Shown here piece after piece: positions 1-10,377 of a stretch of 64,000 nucleotides of DNA (position 1 is its first letter; each line of letters starts with the position of its first letter). The stretch is from Thermodesulfobacteriota bacterium (GTDB lineage: Bacteria > Desulfobacterota > Binatia > Bin18). The position numbers were made by a program, and so were the translations under genes. Location: the NCBI GenBank assembly GCA_964291405.2, contig OZ219926.1, forward strand, positions 2,816,001 to 2,880,000. Direction: 5' to 3'. The notes beneath the pieces are model-generated. The model made no database searches. It was given only the letters and a program-made list of their open reading frames with translations, and was not told the origin of the DNA.

Positions 1-92
1 TTAGGCCGCACCGCAGCCTATCGTCTTACTGATGGAGCGCGCTCTGTCGCGGAGCGATAGCCACATCCGTGAGCACGACACAAGGAGGGCTT

Positions 93-305
93 ATGGTCGA
101 GAAAACGATTGAACTGACAGGTCTGTCTTCAACCAGTATTGAAGACGCGGTATCTCTTGCCGTCTCCCGGGCGGCCGTCACCGTTAGCGGGATCTACGAG
201 GTCCAGGTCTCAGACATTACCGCAGTGGTCGAAGACGGAGTGATAGCCCGCTGGAAGGTGAAAATAAAAGCCACATTTCCCATTAAGGACAGCATACACG
301 AATGA
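93..305 (+). CDS. Dodecin-family flavin-binding protein
   Basis: 70 aa, VEKTIELTGLSSTSIEDAV...W.V.IK.TF resembles the dodecin pattern; RBS AAGGAGG before ATG at 93. Confidence 0.8.
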   Translation: MVEKTIELTGLSSTSIEDAVSLAVSRAAVTVSGIYEVQVSDITAVVEDGVIARWKVKIKATFPIKDSIHE

Positions 306-1297
306 CACAGACCGAAACCAAGACCGAAGCCAAGATTCGCGAAGTTGCCTCCGGCGTCTACCAGCTGTTTCTGCCACTCCCGATGCGGCCGAGCATTGTC
401 AATGTCTATCTTGTCAGGGACGATGATGAATGGGCGTTGATCGATACGGGTATGCACACCGCAGACAGTATCGCCACGCTCAAGGCCGCTCTCAGCGCAG
501 TTGGCTGTGAACCGACCTCTATCCGCACCCTCATCTCAACCCACCATCACGCCGACCACTTTGGCACCTCACGCACATACCAGGAGTTGACCGGTGCCGA
601 GGTCTACCTGAATGAGTTAGAACTATCCCGGGTCGAGCGGCTGCAAGCGACCGAACGGCACCCCGAAGCGTTTGCGTTTTTTCAGCAACACGGCATTCCG
701 TTGGACTCGCCGGAGCAACTGCCGACCCCAGGCAGCTTTTACGGTTCTCGTTATATGCCGGCCAAACCGGATCATTTCATCCGTGATGGCGAATCCCTCT
801 ACGTAGGGAAACGTGAGCTGCGGGTCGTCTGGACGCCCGGTCATACACAAGGGCACTGCTGCATCTACCTGCCCGAGGATAAGGTCATGATCGTGGGCGA
901 TCATCTCCTGCCCAAGATTACGCCCCACGTTGGTGTGTACTACGCGGGGCCGGACAATCCGCTCCGGGATTTTCTCGACTCCCAGGAGAAGATTCAGGAC
1001 TTTGACGTGGAACTCGTGTTGCCCGCCCATGGTGGCGTGTTTAAGGATCATCGTTACCGTGCCAAGCAGATTATTCAGCATCATCGCTACCGTTTGGATG
1101 AGATGTACGACCTCATTCGTGGGAAAGCCTATTCGGCCTATGAAGTCGCGTCCAAGGTCTTTGATTTGAATTCCGGCCTGCCTATCTTTCATGTGTTTGC
1201 GGCCACGTTTGAAACCTTGGCTCATCTGCACCTGCTGATGTACGATGGGAAGGTGAAACGAGTCGAAGACGAACCCATCACGCGCTTTATCGCCTGA
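302..1297 (+). CDS. MBL-fold metallo-hydrolase with C-terminal winged-helix-like tail
   Basis: LIDTG, THHHADH, TPGHT, GDH and PAHG metallo-beta-lactamase motifs; ATGA overlap with the dodecin gene. Confidence 0.88.
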   Translation: MTQTETKTEAKIREVASGVYQLFLPLPMRPSIVNVYLVRDDDEWALIDTGMHTADSIATLKAALSAVGCEPTSIRTLISTHHHADHFGTSRTYQELTGAEVYLNELELSRVERLQATERHPEAFAFFQQHGIPLDSPEQLPTPGSFYGSRYMPAKPDHFIRDGESLYVGKRELRVVWTPGHTQGHCCIYLPEDKVMIVGDHLLPKITPHVGVYYAGPDNPLRDFLDSQEKIQDFDVELVLPAHGGVFKDHRYRAKQIIQHHRYRLDEMYDLIRGKAYSAYEVASKVFDLNSGLPIFHVFAATFETLAHLHLLMYDGKVKRVEDEPITRFIA

Positions 1298-1319
1298 AGC
1301 GGAGGCGCGGGCTTGGTGT

Positions 1320-1349
1320 CCCGGAGCGCATTTCACTCCGGGGGTTTTT
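1320..1349 (+). terminator. Possible intrinsic terminator hairpin
   Basis: CCCGGAG...CTCCGGG stem followed by GGTTTTT, downstream of the MBL gene stop. Confidence 0.35.
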
Positions 1350-1352
1350 CGT

Positions 1353-2093
1353 ATGCGCTACACCGTTTTCGATATTGAGACCCGCATCGACAAGAGCCTG
1401 GTGCGGGCCGTCTATTTCCCGCATGCGGAAGAAGAGGGCTTGTCGGACGACGATACTTACCGCCGGATGCAGCAACGCCTGCGCGAGGAACAGGGTAATG
1501 ATTTTTTCCCGCTGTCTTTTCATCTGCCTATTTCCATCGCTGTCGGGCAAGTGAATGAAGAGCGAGTGCTGACCGGAGTCGAGACGATTCCTACCGCGGA
1601 CACCGCTCAATCAGAGGCGGCCGAGGAAGCATTAATACGAGCGTTTTGGGAACGGCTGGAACGCTTCTCCGGGACCCTGGTCAGTTTCAATGGGCGGAAT
1701 TTCGACCTGCCCGTGTTGGAACTGCAAGCGCTCAAGCATGGCTGCCGCATTCCACGCTATTTTAGTGGCAAGGCCCGTTATCGATTCTCTGACGAAGGCC
1801 ACTACGATCTCTACGATTTTCTGACCAACTACGGAGTCCATCGTCTGCGGGGCGGCTTTAACGCCCTCGCCAAGCTGATCGGACTGCCGGGGAAAACCGA
1901 TATTGACGGATCGATGGTCCAGCAGTTGTGGGAAGACGGACGTTTGGACGATATCCACCGCTACTGTCGCACTGATGTCATCCAAACCTATTTTCTTTTT
2001 CTGCGGGTCGAGTTGATGCGCGGGCGGATAACCCAGCAGCAGTACGATACCGCTACCGAGCAGTCCGCGTCCTTTCTTGAGGAAGAAGCCTAG
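1353..2093 (+). CDS. 3'-5' exonuclease, PolB-exonuclease-like (DEDD) family
   Basis: VFDIET (ExoI), SFNGRNFDLP (ExoII), YCRTDV (ExoIII). Confidence 0.85.
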   Translation: MRYTVFDIETRIDKSLVRAVYFPHAEEEGLSDDDTYRRMQQRLREEQGNDFFPLSFHLPISIAVGQVNEERVLTGVETIPTADTAQSEAAEEALIRAFWERLERFSGTLVSFNGRNFDLPVLELQALKHGCRIPRYFSGKARYRFSDEGHYDLYDFLTNYGVHRLRGGFNALAKLIGLPGKTDIDGSMVQQLWEDGRLDDIHRYCRTDVIQTYFLFLRVELMRGRITQQQYDTATEQSASFLEEEA

Positions 2094-2193
2094 GGCGTGG
2101 CGGGACCTCGGCTCTCGACTCGCTCGTCAGTGGGTTTTCCGGCTGCCTGCGCAGAGGGAGTATGGGTCGATAACGCACGGCGCCTGCTACACC

Positions 2194-2532
2194 ATGGACA
2201 TTGCAAAGGGATATATTTTTCTCCTGCTCGGCGTAAGCCTCTCCCTGGGGTGTGTCTCGCACACGGAACGCGTACCGTACCGTCCACACCTGACGCAGCA
2301 AGATGAAGGGGTATGGGCTGAGGTGAAGCGTGAGTTTGGCTGGCAGTCGTCGCGCAAAACAACCAGGCCGAAAAAAAGACAGGCATCGTTCTATACAAGA
2401 ATGGTCCGGAGCGTCACAGGCTGGTTTACGGATAACGAGCGGCCTGTAGGACCGGACATCCACCCGCGCCAGTGGGAACGGATGCACCAGGAATACGAGC
2501 GGGAGCAGAAGAAGAGGTTGGGGCTGTACTAG
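2194..2532 (+). CDS. Hypothetical lipoprotein
   Basis: ATG at 2194 gives a hydrophobic signal ending in lipobox-like LSLGC; no recognisable domain. Confidence 0.5.
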   Translation: MDIAKGYIFLLLGVSLSLGCVSHTERVPYRPHLTQQDEGVWAEVKREFGWQSSRKTTRPKKRQASFYTRMVRSVTGWFTDNERPVGPDIHPRQWERMHQEYEREQKKRLGLY

Positions 2533-2587
2533 GGGCGGGGAGAAAGGCTATCGATACGGTCAGGGCTTTGAGAGGGAAAGGAGCGCC

Positions 2588-3691
2588 ATGAAAGCATTGG
2601 TTGTCGGAGGCACCGGACCGACCGGACCGTTTATTGTGAATGGCCTGATTGAGCGGGGCTATGAGGTCACGATTTTTCATCGTGGAACGCACGAAATTCC
2701 TGAAATTCCGCCTGAGGTCGAACATATTCACGGGGATCCGCATTTCCGAGAAACCATAGACGCCGCCCTGACTGGCCGTACGTTTGATCTGGCGGTCGTC
2801 ACCTACGGACGGATTCGTTTTCTTGCCGAAGCCCTGGTCGGTAAGATCGGGCGTTTTGTGGGCGTGGGTGGAGTAGCGAGTTACCGGGGGTATATGGACC
2901 CCTCGGTGCTGTCTCCCGTTGGGCTCAAAGTGGCGGTTGCCGAAGATGCACCCGTTGTTGAAAGTGAAGCGGAACTCCGCTTTGCCTATCTGATTGCCCA
3001 AACCGAACAAGCCGTGCTGGCCTGCCATCCCACCGCAGCCTATTTCCGGTATCCCTACGTCTACGGCCCCTATCAGCTCGTTCCACGCGAGTGGTGTGTG
3101 ATCCGGCGTATTCTTGACAAGCGCCCGCATATGATCGTCGCCGATGGTGGGCTGACGCTTTTTACCCACGGCTATGCTGCCAATCTGGCCCACGCGGTGC
3201 TGCTGGCGGTTGATCAGCCCGAGGCATCGGCTGGACAGTTATACAACTGTGGCGATGAAAGTCAGCTCACGATCCATCAGGCGATCGAAGTGATTTCCGG
3301 AGCCATGAATTATGAGTGGGACATTATCAGCATGCCCAACGACCTGGCGCGTCCCGCGCGACCCTACACCATGCAGGAAACCTCCCACCACCGCGTTGTT
3401 GACCTGACCAAGATCAAAAACCAACTGGGGTACACGGACCTCTATCCAGTCGAAGAGGCCATAGAAAAAACGGTCGCATGGTATCTGGCCAACCAGCCCG
3501 AACGGGGTGGAGAGATTGAAAGGCGCCTGCAAGACCCGTTTAACTATGAGGCTGAAGATCGCCTCATCGCCGCGTATCAGGACAGCATGCAGCGCTTAGC
3601 CGATATTCCCTTTGCGGTCCAAACGGACCGCCCGCATCCGTACGCCCACCCCAAGGAGCCGGGCCAGGAACGGGACCACCGGGAACGCTAG
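2588..3691 (+). CDS. NAD-dependent epimerase/dehydratase family (extended/atypical SDR)
   Basis: ALVVGGTGPTG Rossmann motif, FHRG, YVYGP; RBS AAGGAG. Confidence 0.85.
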   Translation: MKALVVGGTGPTGPFIVNGLIERGYEVTIFHRGTHEIPEIPPEVEHIHGDPHFRETIDAALTGRTFDLAVVTYGRIRFLAEALVGKIGRFVGVGGVASYRGYMDPSVLSPVGLKVAVAEDAPVVESEAELRFAYLIAQTEQAVLACHPTAAYFRYPYVYGPYQLVPREWCVIRRILDKRPHMIVADGGLTLFTHGYAANLAHAVLLAVDQPEASAGQLYNCGDESQLTIHQAIEVISGAMNYEWDIISMPNDLARPARPYTMQETSHHRVVDLTKIKNQLGYTDLYPVEEAIEKTVAWYLANQPERGGEIERRLQDPFNYEAEDRLIAAYQDSMQRLADIPFAVQTDRPHPYAHPKEPGQERDHRER

Positions 3692-3760
3692 AGGAGTCTT
3701 GTCGGGGCAGGAGGGTTATCACGTCTTTGTAAACGCCGATGGCGACGTAATAAAGAAAGC

Positions 3761-3847
3761 CTACTTCGTCCAGCGCAAGACATCGATGCCACAATAAATC
3801 AGCACCCCGATGAAGGTCAGAAAAACAATGGAAACGATGATATCCAT
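3761..3847 (-). CDS. Putative small membrane peptide (28 aa)
   Basis: Hand translation MDIIVSIVFLTFIGVLIYCGIDVLRWTK*, one hydrophobic helix, directly downstream of the dioxygenase on the same strand. Confidence 0.3.
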   Translation of the reverse strand: MDIIVSIVFLTFIGVLIYCGIDVLRWTK

Positions 3848-3886
3848 GTTGCAAATCCCGTAGCTATTGTCCTAGTGGTCCCGTCC

Positions 3887-4753
3887 TTACGCTGGCATCA
3901 GGCCGAAGTCGTACTCCAGCAAGGTGAAGGGTGTTGTCAGGCCATAGCGTTCGGCCAGGGTTGCGTCCTCACACTCCTTGAAGTCGGCCACGAGCGAGTC
4001 CTTGGTGGCAAAGACCGCGTCCGAGTCCAGATAGGCGTCACCCTTCACGAAGATGTGGGTAGTCAGGGGTCTGTAGCCGTCAGCGGAGAGCATGAAATGC
4101 ACATGCGCCGGACGCATCCCGTGCCGTCCGGTTGCATCCAGCATGCGGCCGACCGGGCCATCGGTTGGAATCGAATAGCTCACCGGGGTTTCAGAGATGA
4201 TCGCATAACCGCCGTCTTCTTCAGTCGTGAATCTCCCGCGCAGATTCCACTCAGGCGCGTCCTGGTCCTGAATATCGTACAGGCCGTTGGCCGAGGTCTG
4301 CCACACATCAACCGTCGCTCCTGCAATGGGTGCCCCCTCGGCGTCCGTGACCTTCCCTCTCATTAACGTTGGCCGTGCGCCAACGTCTCTGCGGATGACG
4401 GATGTGCCGTTCTTCTGTTCCGGTGCGTCCTCGACATAAAATGGACCCAAGACGGTCGATTCGGTCCCAAGACCCGTCTTGGGATGATTGAGCGTATCGA
4501 CCAGCATGGACACTCCCAGTGTGTCGGACAGCAGGATAAACTCCTGCCGTTTGTCGTCGCACATTTTGCCCGTAGCAGTCAGAAACTGGATGCCCGCAAA
4601 CCATTCATCCTCCGTGAGTTCAACCTCCTTCACAAAGGCGTGCATATGCTCGATGAGGCTGGTGATGATGCGCTGCATGCGTGGGTCCGAGGTCTTGCTC
4701 GCATATTCTTTCACAACCGCTTCGGTGATGTTGTCTGCTGTATAATCACGCAT
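3887..4753 (-). CDS. Intradiol ring-cleavage dioxygenase (hydroxyquinol/catechol 1,2-dioxygenase type)
   Basis: RQEFILLSDTLGVSMLVD, TVLGPFY, DVWQ...GLYD, YSIPTDGPVG, RPAHVHF (Fe ligands); RBS GAGGAGG. Confidence 0.92.
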   Translation of the reverse strand: MRDYTADNITEAVVKEYASKTSDPRMQRIITSLIEHMHAFVKEVELTEDEWFAGIQFLTATGKMCDDKRQEFILLSDTLGVSMLVDTLNHPKTGLGTESTVLGPFYVEDAPEQKNGTSVIRRDVGARPTLMRGKVTDAEGAPIAGATVDVWQTSANGLYDIQDQDAPEWNLRGRFTTEEDGGYAIISETPVSYSIPTDGPVGRMLDATGRHGMRPAHVHFMLSADGYRPLTTHIFVKGDAYLDSDAVFATKDSLVADFKECEDATLAERYGLTTPFTLLEYDFGLMPA

Positions 4754-4965
4754 ACTCTTCCCTCCTCTTGGCGTGGACAAGTCAAAGCCTGCTCGATACA
4801 GGGTTGGCTACCTCCAGGAATAGCGTAGCGGTGGCTTGTCGCATACCCCGCTATCATTCTCTTCTGTTGACATAACGTATCGGTTGATGAGCATATGATG
4901 TGTTTGAGGGACACCCATCCATTCGTAGATAAGTAAACGCGAGGGGAAAGAGAGGGATATCCTAT

Positions 4966-5886
4966 ATGGCACGCTTACGGAGGCTCGAGTACGGGTCCCC
5001 GGTCGACCAGTGGCCCACCACCTTGCGGTTAGGGATTGAGAAGGGATTCTTTGAGGAAGAAGGTCTTGATCTCTCGATCCGGGTCATCTTCGGGGGACCG
5101 CCGCTGGCGGCGGCCTTAGATGCCGGGGAGGTGCAGATTGGCGAGATTGGCTCACCCCCGGGCCTTACCGCGATCAGTCATGGGGCGCAGTTCAAGATTA
5201 TTGGCGGCGGGACACACCAGAAACTACTGTTTTATCTTGGCGTTCGGAGTGACATCCAAGATTTCCAGGGGTTGAAAGGCAAACGGTTTGGCCTGCTCTC
5301 CATGGGGAGCTGCGACGAGTGGGTGGGTCGCGCCATGTTCCTCAAGGGAGGACTGGATCCGGACCGGGATATTACCTTTATCCCCCTCTTGAACAAGTAT
5401 TCCCAGATTCTCTCGTTGATGAAGGAGGGAGAAGTCGATGCAGTACTCGGGGTAGAGCCAGATTTAGCCCTGGGCGAGAGTCAAGGGCTGCTCAGGACGT
5501 GGGCAGGCGCCTACGAAGAGTCCTACCTGCCGCGCTTCCAGTGGTCTATCATTGTTGCGCAAAACGATTTCATTGAGCGCGAGCCCGATGTGATCCAGGC
5601 GCTGCTACGGGCGTACCAGCGTTCGGCCCACTATGCTGCCGAGCATGTTGACGAGTGGGTGGATTTTGTCTCACGTTGGTACCGTATTGATCGGGCTGTG
5701 GCGCAGCGGGCCGTCGCGCGCGACCTTCCCCAATTCCACCTTGACTGCCAGATAGACCTGGTCGGGCTGCAGAAGGTCATTGAGCTCCAGCAGCGGATGG
5801 GCGTCATTACCCGTTCGCTGTCTACCGAGGAGGTTGTGAATCTACAGTTTGTGCCGAATCTAAGTGAACCGGTCGGGGCGCACTGA
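4966..5886 (+). CDS. ABC-type substrate-binding protein, SsuA/NMT1/THI5-like
   Basis: GIEKGFFEEEGLD, LKGKRFG, GLDPDRDI patterns; no obvious signal peptide. Confidence 0.8.
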   Translation: MARLRRLEYGSPVDQWPTTLRLGIEKGFFEEEGLDLSIRVIFGGPPLAAALDAGEVQIGEIGSPPGLTAISHGAQFKIIGGGTHQKLLFYLGVRSDIQDFQGLKGKRFGLLSMGSCDEWVGRAMFLKGGLDPDRDITFIPLLNKYSQILSLMKEGEVDAVLGVEPDLALGESQGLLRTWAGAYEESYLPRFQWSIIVAQNDFIEREPDVIQALLRAYQRSAHYAAEHVDEWVDFVSRWYRIDRAVAQRAVARDLPQFHLDCQIDLVGLQKVIELQQRMGVITRSLSTEEVVNLQFVPNLSEPVGAH

Positions 5887-5902
5887 CGAGGAGAGATCAC
5901 CC

Positions 5903-6910
5903 ATGAGATTAGGCTTCTGGCCGCCGGTATATGGGAACTGGATTATTTCGACGCAGCCGGAGACACGCAACGCATCGTTCGACTACACAAAGCGGGCAGC
6001 GTTGCTGGCTGAGCGGCTTGGATTCCAGACCTTGCTGCTCGCAGAACACTTCATGAACCCGGTTGCCCCTGAGCTGGAGCAACTCGATGCTTGGACGACG
6101 GCCAGCGCGCTGGCGGCTGTGACAGAGCGGATCGAGATCCTTGCAGCGGTCAAGCCCGGTTTCCGTGCCCCGGGGGTCATCGCCAAGATGGCGAGTAACA
6201 TAGATCATATCAGTCACGGGCGTTTTGCTGTGAATCTTGTCTCGGCCTGGTGGTTGCCGGAGTTTGAAATGCTGGGAGTGCCAGTGCTGCGCCACGACGA
6301 TCGCTATGCGCGTTCGGAAGAGTTCTTGACCGTTATCAAGGGGAGCTGGACCCAGGAGAAGTTCTCCTTTTCGGGGAGGTACTTTACGGTCAAAAATGCC
6401 ACCCTGTTTCCCAAGCCCGTGCAAAAGCCCCATCCGCCAATCTATATTGGGGGAGAGTCGGAGCAGGGGAGGCGGTTGGGAGCAAAGATGGCAGATATTT
6501 TCTTAATCAACGGTCGGCCACTGGGGGAGATTAAGGAGATCATTCAGGATGTCCAAGGACTGGCCGCGGAGCACGGACGCCAGCTTCGTTTTGGGATGTC
6601 TGCCTTTGTCATCTGCCGTGACACTGAGCGGGAAGCACTGGCCGAGTTTGAGCGGCTTGTGGCCCTCCGCAAGGCCGAGATCATTGGTGCAGACAAGGAG
6701 GTGGCGATGTTCAAGACGGTCCCCTACGCAACCCGAGAGGTCGGCACGAATGGAGGAATCGCAGCCGGGCTGGTTGGGACGGCTCCTCAGATTGCCGAGC
6801 GGATGCTAGCATTTGAGGCGATCGGCGTTGAGACCTTTTTGTTGCAGTTCCATCCGGTTCTGGAGGAGCTAGAGCGTTTTGGAGAGACCGTCGTGCCATT
6901 GCTCCGGTAG
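5903..6910 (+). CDS. LLM-class flavin-dependent monooxygenase (SsuD/SfnG-like)
   Basis: AERLGF, LDAWTTASALAAVTERIE, IDHISHGRFAVNLVS, PKPVQKPHPPIYIGG. Confidence 0.88.
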   Translation: MRLGFWPPVYGNWIISTQPETRNASFDYTKRAALLAERLGFQTLLLAEHFMNPVAPELEQLDAWTTASALAAVTERIEILAAVKPGFRAPGVIAKMASNIDHISHGRFAVNLVSAWWLPEFEMLGVPVLRHDDRYARSEEFLTVIKGSWTQEKFSFSGRYFTVKNATLFPKPVQKPHPPIYIGGESEQGRRLGAKMADIFLINGRPLGEIKEIIQDVQGLAAEHGRQLRFGMSAFVICRDTEREALAEFERLVALRKAEIIGADKEVAMFKTVPYATREVGTNGGIAAGLVGTAPQIAERMLAFEAIGVETFLLQFHPVLEELERFGETVVPLLR

Positions 6911-6919
6911 GTAGTCCCT

Positions 6920-8398
6920 ATGGCTGATGTGACAAGCGAATTGACAATAGGCCGTAAAGACTTCGTTGCTGAAGCCAACGCGTGGAGTGACGCCCAATCC
7001 GCTGCCGCTCAGCGTCTTCCAGCCCTGCTTGAGGAGCGCGGTATTAAAACGGTTCGCGTCGCGTACTGCGATCAGCACGGTTTGATGCGCGGCAAAAGTT
7101 TAACCGCACCACATTTCCTTTTAGCTTTGCGTAATGGGGTAACAGAGACGGTCGCCACGCTCGGTATGGATACCGCCAACACGATTTCCTTCCCGCTCTT
7201 TGAGCGTGATGGCGGCTTTGGCTTGGAGCAAATGGGTGGTGTTGGTGACCTCTTACTCGTGCCTGACCCCTCTACGCTGAAAGTCCTACCATGGGCACCT
7301 CAGACCGCCTGGATACTCTCTGACCTATATTTAAAAGATGGCAGCCGCTGCCCTTTTGATTGCCGCCATGTCATGCGTAGCGCTCTCAATGCACTCCAAG
7401 CTGAAGGTTATCACTTTGCCGCCGGACTAGAACTAGAGTTCTATATTTTCGACGTTGAGGATCAACGGCTGGCATTACAGGATTCTGGGCAGCCGGCCGA
7501 GCCGCCAGTGGTGCGTGCGCTCAATCATGGTTATCAATTGCACGGCAGTGGTCAGATCGACGTTCTTGAGCCCCTGGCAGATGAGTTGCGCGATGTAATG
7601 ACTGAACTTGGATTGCCGTTACGGACGATTGAAGTGGAATGGGGGCCGGGACAATTTGAGGTTACTTTTAATCCGCTCGTCGGCCTTGATGCGGCCGATA
7701 CGCTCCTCATGTTTCGCACGGCAACCAAGCATATGATGCGCCGCCAAGGCCGTCTGGCTAGTTTTATGACTAAACCGGCGTTACCCAATATCTATTCTAG
7801 TGGCTGGCACCTGCACCAGTCTTTGCAAGATGCAAACTCGGCCAGCAATGCCTTTACAGCTAATGACCCACAGACGTTGGTGAGTGATACTGGCCGCTAC
7901 TATATCGGTGGGCTGCTAGCGCATGCGGCCGCCGCGACAGCCTTTTCCAACCCAACCATTAATGGCTATAAGCGCCTGAACGCAAACCCTTTGGCTCCGA
8001 ACCGCGCCGTGTGGTCACACGACAACCGGGGGGCCATGTTACGCCTGATCGGTGGATACGGGGCTCCAGACACGCATATCGAGAATCGCAGTGGGGAGCC
8101 GTGCGCGAATCCCTATCTGTATATGGCCTCGCAGATCCATGCTGGCCTTGATGGCCTTCGCCATAAAACGGACCCTGGTGGCCCGATCCAAGATAATCCC
8201 TATGCTCAAACTGATAAGCCACCTCTACCCAACAGCTTGATGCAGGCAATTGATGCGCTTGATCAGTCTGCTGCGCTACGCGCCGGGTTCAGCGACCAGT
8301 TTGTGGACTATTACCTCAAGCTCAAACGATTCGAAATTGCTCGCTTCCTTTCCTATGTGACTGACTGGGAGCATAGGGAGTATTTTGAGCTATATTGA
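6920..8398 (+). CDS. Glutamine synthetase-like gamma-glutamylating enzyme (TdnQ/AtdA1-like)
   Basis: DQHGLMRGK, GLELEF, EWGPGQFE, SSGWHLHQSL, DNRGAMLR, IENRSGEP; adjacent to Rieske dioxygenase and GATase genes. Confidence 0.85.
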   Translation: MADVTSELTIGRKDFVAEANAWSDAQSAAAQRLPALLEERGIKTVRVAYCDQHGLMRGKSLTAPHFLLALRNGVTETVATLGMDTANTISFPLFERDGGFGLEQMGGVGDLLLVPDPSTLKVLPWAPQTAWILSDLYLKDGSRCPFDCRHVMRSALNALQAEGYHFAAGLELEFYIFDVEDQRLALQDSGQPAEPPVVRALNHGYQLHGSGQIDVLEPLADELRDVMTELGLPLRTIEVEWGPGQFEVTFNPLVGLDAADTLLMFRTATKHMMRRQGRLASFMTKPALPNIYSSGWHLHQSLQDANSASNAFTANDPQTLVSDTGRYYIGGLLAHAAAATAFSNPTINGYKRLNANPLAPNRAVWSHDNRGAMLRLIGGYGAPDTHIENRSGEPCANPYLYMASQIHAGLDGLRHKTDPGGPIQDNPYAQTDKPPLPNSLMQAIDALDQSAALRAGFSDQFVDYYLKLKRFEIARFLSYVTDWEHREYFELY

Positions 8399-8414
8399 TC
8401 GGGGGAGAATGCCA

Positions 8415-9764
8415 ATGAGTGTTACCACGCTCGCTAAAAACACACGCAACGCGGTCACTGATAAGTGGGCTTTCCTGGTCCAAGCGGATCGGGTCCACCG
8501 CTCAGTTTACACTGACAGTGATATTTTTAAGCGTGAAATGGTCAACATCTTTGGAAGCGCCTGGGTCTTTGTTGGGCATGAAAGCGAGATTCCCAGCGCG
8601 AATGACTTTGTCACTCGGCGTTTTGGTGGACGCCCCATTATCCTCACCCGGGACCGCGCTGGTGAGATTCATATCCTGCTCAACCGCTGCGCACACAAGG
8701 GGGCAAAGGTGTGTCGGGCCGATAAGGGCTCGGCCAAGATGTTTGTTTGTCCCTACCATGCGTGGTCGTATAATCTCAGTGGTCGGTCTGTATCCGTCCC
8801 ACTGAATGATGCCTACGCACACAATCCCAGCAGCCGCAGGTACAACTTACTCCAAGTGCCACGCGTGGCCACGTATCGTGGTTTTATTTTTGGGACGCTC
8901 AACGCGAAAGCGCCGGATATTGAAACCTATCTGACTGGGGTACGTGGCCCCTTTGACGATTGGATAGATCGCTATGATGGAGGTGAGATTAGAGTAACGG
9001 GAACGCCACGCTATCGGATGGCCGCCAACTGGAAATTCGTCACCGATAATCAAGGAGACGGCTATCATCCTGCCTACTCTCACCTCTCGCTGCTGGCGAT
9101 GACGAGTCAGCGCTATGGGGCCGACCGGGACATGTCGTATTTTGGTGGAAACGTTGATCAGTCCAGGATGTTCGTCAAATGCTTTGAGAACGGCCACTTC
9201 TATGCGGATCAACGCCCGGAGATGTTTGCCGACTCTGCCTGGGCCGTCCAACGCCCGCAACCAGGCCGTGAGCACTATGAAGCAAAGCTGTACCGCCGCT
9301 ATGGTGAGACAGAGGCGAAACGTTTACTTGAACTGGCAATTGGCGCAGGAATGAACCTGACTATTTTCCCCAATCTGCTGCTGATTGGGAATCAGATCCA
9401 ATTGGTTGACCCGATCGCGGTCGACCAGACGGACGTGTGGTGGTTGGCTACCAGCGTCGCGGACTTGCCCGACGAGATTAATACCCTCCGGATGCGGACC
9501 CAGGAAGATTTTCCAATGTTCGGGGAAGTTGACGACGTGGAAAACTTTGAGGCGTGCCAAGAAGGGCTCGGTATCGCAGAAGACGAGTGGGTTGATTGCA
9601 GCCGTCATTTGAACAGTCCGACAGAAGTCCAAGAAGCGGACGGGATACGCGCGCCCGTCACCAGTGATCTGACCATGCGGACCTTTTACCGAGAGTGGCA
9701 ACGTCTTATGCGTAGCGAGGTACACATCGACTTGAGTGATCAGCGTGAGGGAGAGAATGCATGA
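8415..9764 (+). CDS. Rieske aromatic ring-hydroxylating dioxygenase alpha subunit (TdnA1/AtdA3-like)
   Basis: Rieske CAH...CPYH, mononuclear Fe motif DGYHPAYSH; RBS GGGGAG; alternative ATG at 8409. Confidence 0.9.
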   Translation: MSVTTLAKNTRNAVTDKWAFLVQADRVHRSVYTDSDIFKREMVNIFGSAWVFVGHESEIPSANDFVTRRFGGRPIILTRDRAGEIHILLNRCAHKGAKVCRADKGSAKMFVCPYHAWSYNLSGRSVSVPLNDAYAHNPSSRRYNLLQVPRVATYRGFIFGTLNAKAPDIETYLTGVRGPFDDWIDRYDGGEIRVTGTPRYRMAANWKFVTDNQGDGYHPAYSHLSLLAMTSQRYGADRDMSYFGGNVDQSRMFVKCFENGHFYADQRPEMFADSAWAVQRPQPGREHYEAKLYRRYGETEAKRLLELAIGAGMNLTIFPNLLLIGNQIQLVDPIAVDQTDVWWLATSVADLPDEINTLRMRTQEDFPMFGEVDDVENFEACQEGLGIAEDEWVDCSRHLNSPTEVQEADGIRAPVTSDLTMRTFYREWQRLMRSEVHIDLSDQREGENA

Positions 9765-10369
9765 GTGCTGCCACCAGTACCAAGCGAAACCTGCTGCGCG
9801 AACAGCCAGGCCCTTCGACCTATGTGAATGATGCGTTGTACGAGCGACTGTTCCGGATTGCCGAGCAATGGTCAGAGGTCGGTCCTACGGTTCCCACCTC
9901 ACAGGCTGCCGTTGTGACTGCTTTGCTCAATCAAGAATGCCGTCTGCTTGATGACGAACGTTTCGAAGACTGGCTCGATCTCTTTGTCGAAGAGTGTGTG
10001 TATTGGATACCGAGCGATGTCGTGCCACAAGACCCCCGGCGCGAAATTACCTGGGAGCTGCAAGACCGGCGGCGCTTGGAAGACCGGGTTGCCCGAATAC
10101 GTACGGGTCAGGCCTTTTCGCAAATTCCACCAACGCGGACCCGACACTGTTTAAGCAATATTGAGATCTGGACGGCTGGTACTGACGAACTACGTGTGCG
10201 CACCAATCTGACCATTCATACCTATCGCAAGGGAGAACAGCAGACGTTGCCGTGCATGGGCGGATATGTGTTACAGCGCCAAGCCAACGACGCTTGGCTT
10301 ATCGAGCTGAAGCAGATTAATCTCATCGACGCGGATCAGGCCCAGGGCAATATTTCGTTCTTCCTCTAG
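9761..10369 (+). CDS. Aromatic ring-hydroxylating dioxygenase beta subunit
   Basis: ECRLLDDERFEDWLDLF...YWIP, RLEDRVARI, RTRH; ATGA overlap with alpha. Confidence 0.9.
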   Translation: MSAATSTKRNLLREQPGPSTYVNDALYERLFRIAEQWSEVGPTVPTSQAAVVTALLNQECRLLDDERFEDWLDLFVEECVYWIPSDVVPQDPRREITWELQDRRRLEDRVARIRTGQAFSQIPPTRTRHCLSNIEIWTAGTDELRVRTNLTIHTYRKGEQQTLPCMGGYVLQRQANDAWLIELKQINLIDADQAQGNISFFL

Positions 10370-10377
10370 GGACTCAT

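Noticed and set aside
4860-4900. Sigma70 promoter TTGACA...TATGAT for the SBP operon
   Set aside because: The spacing between hexamers is about 21 nt, too long for a confident call
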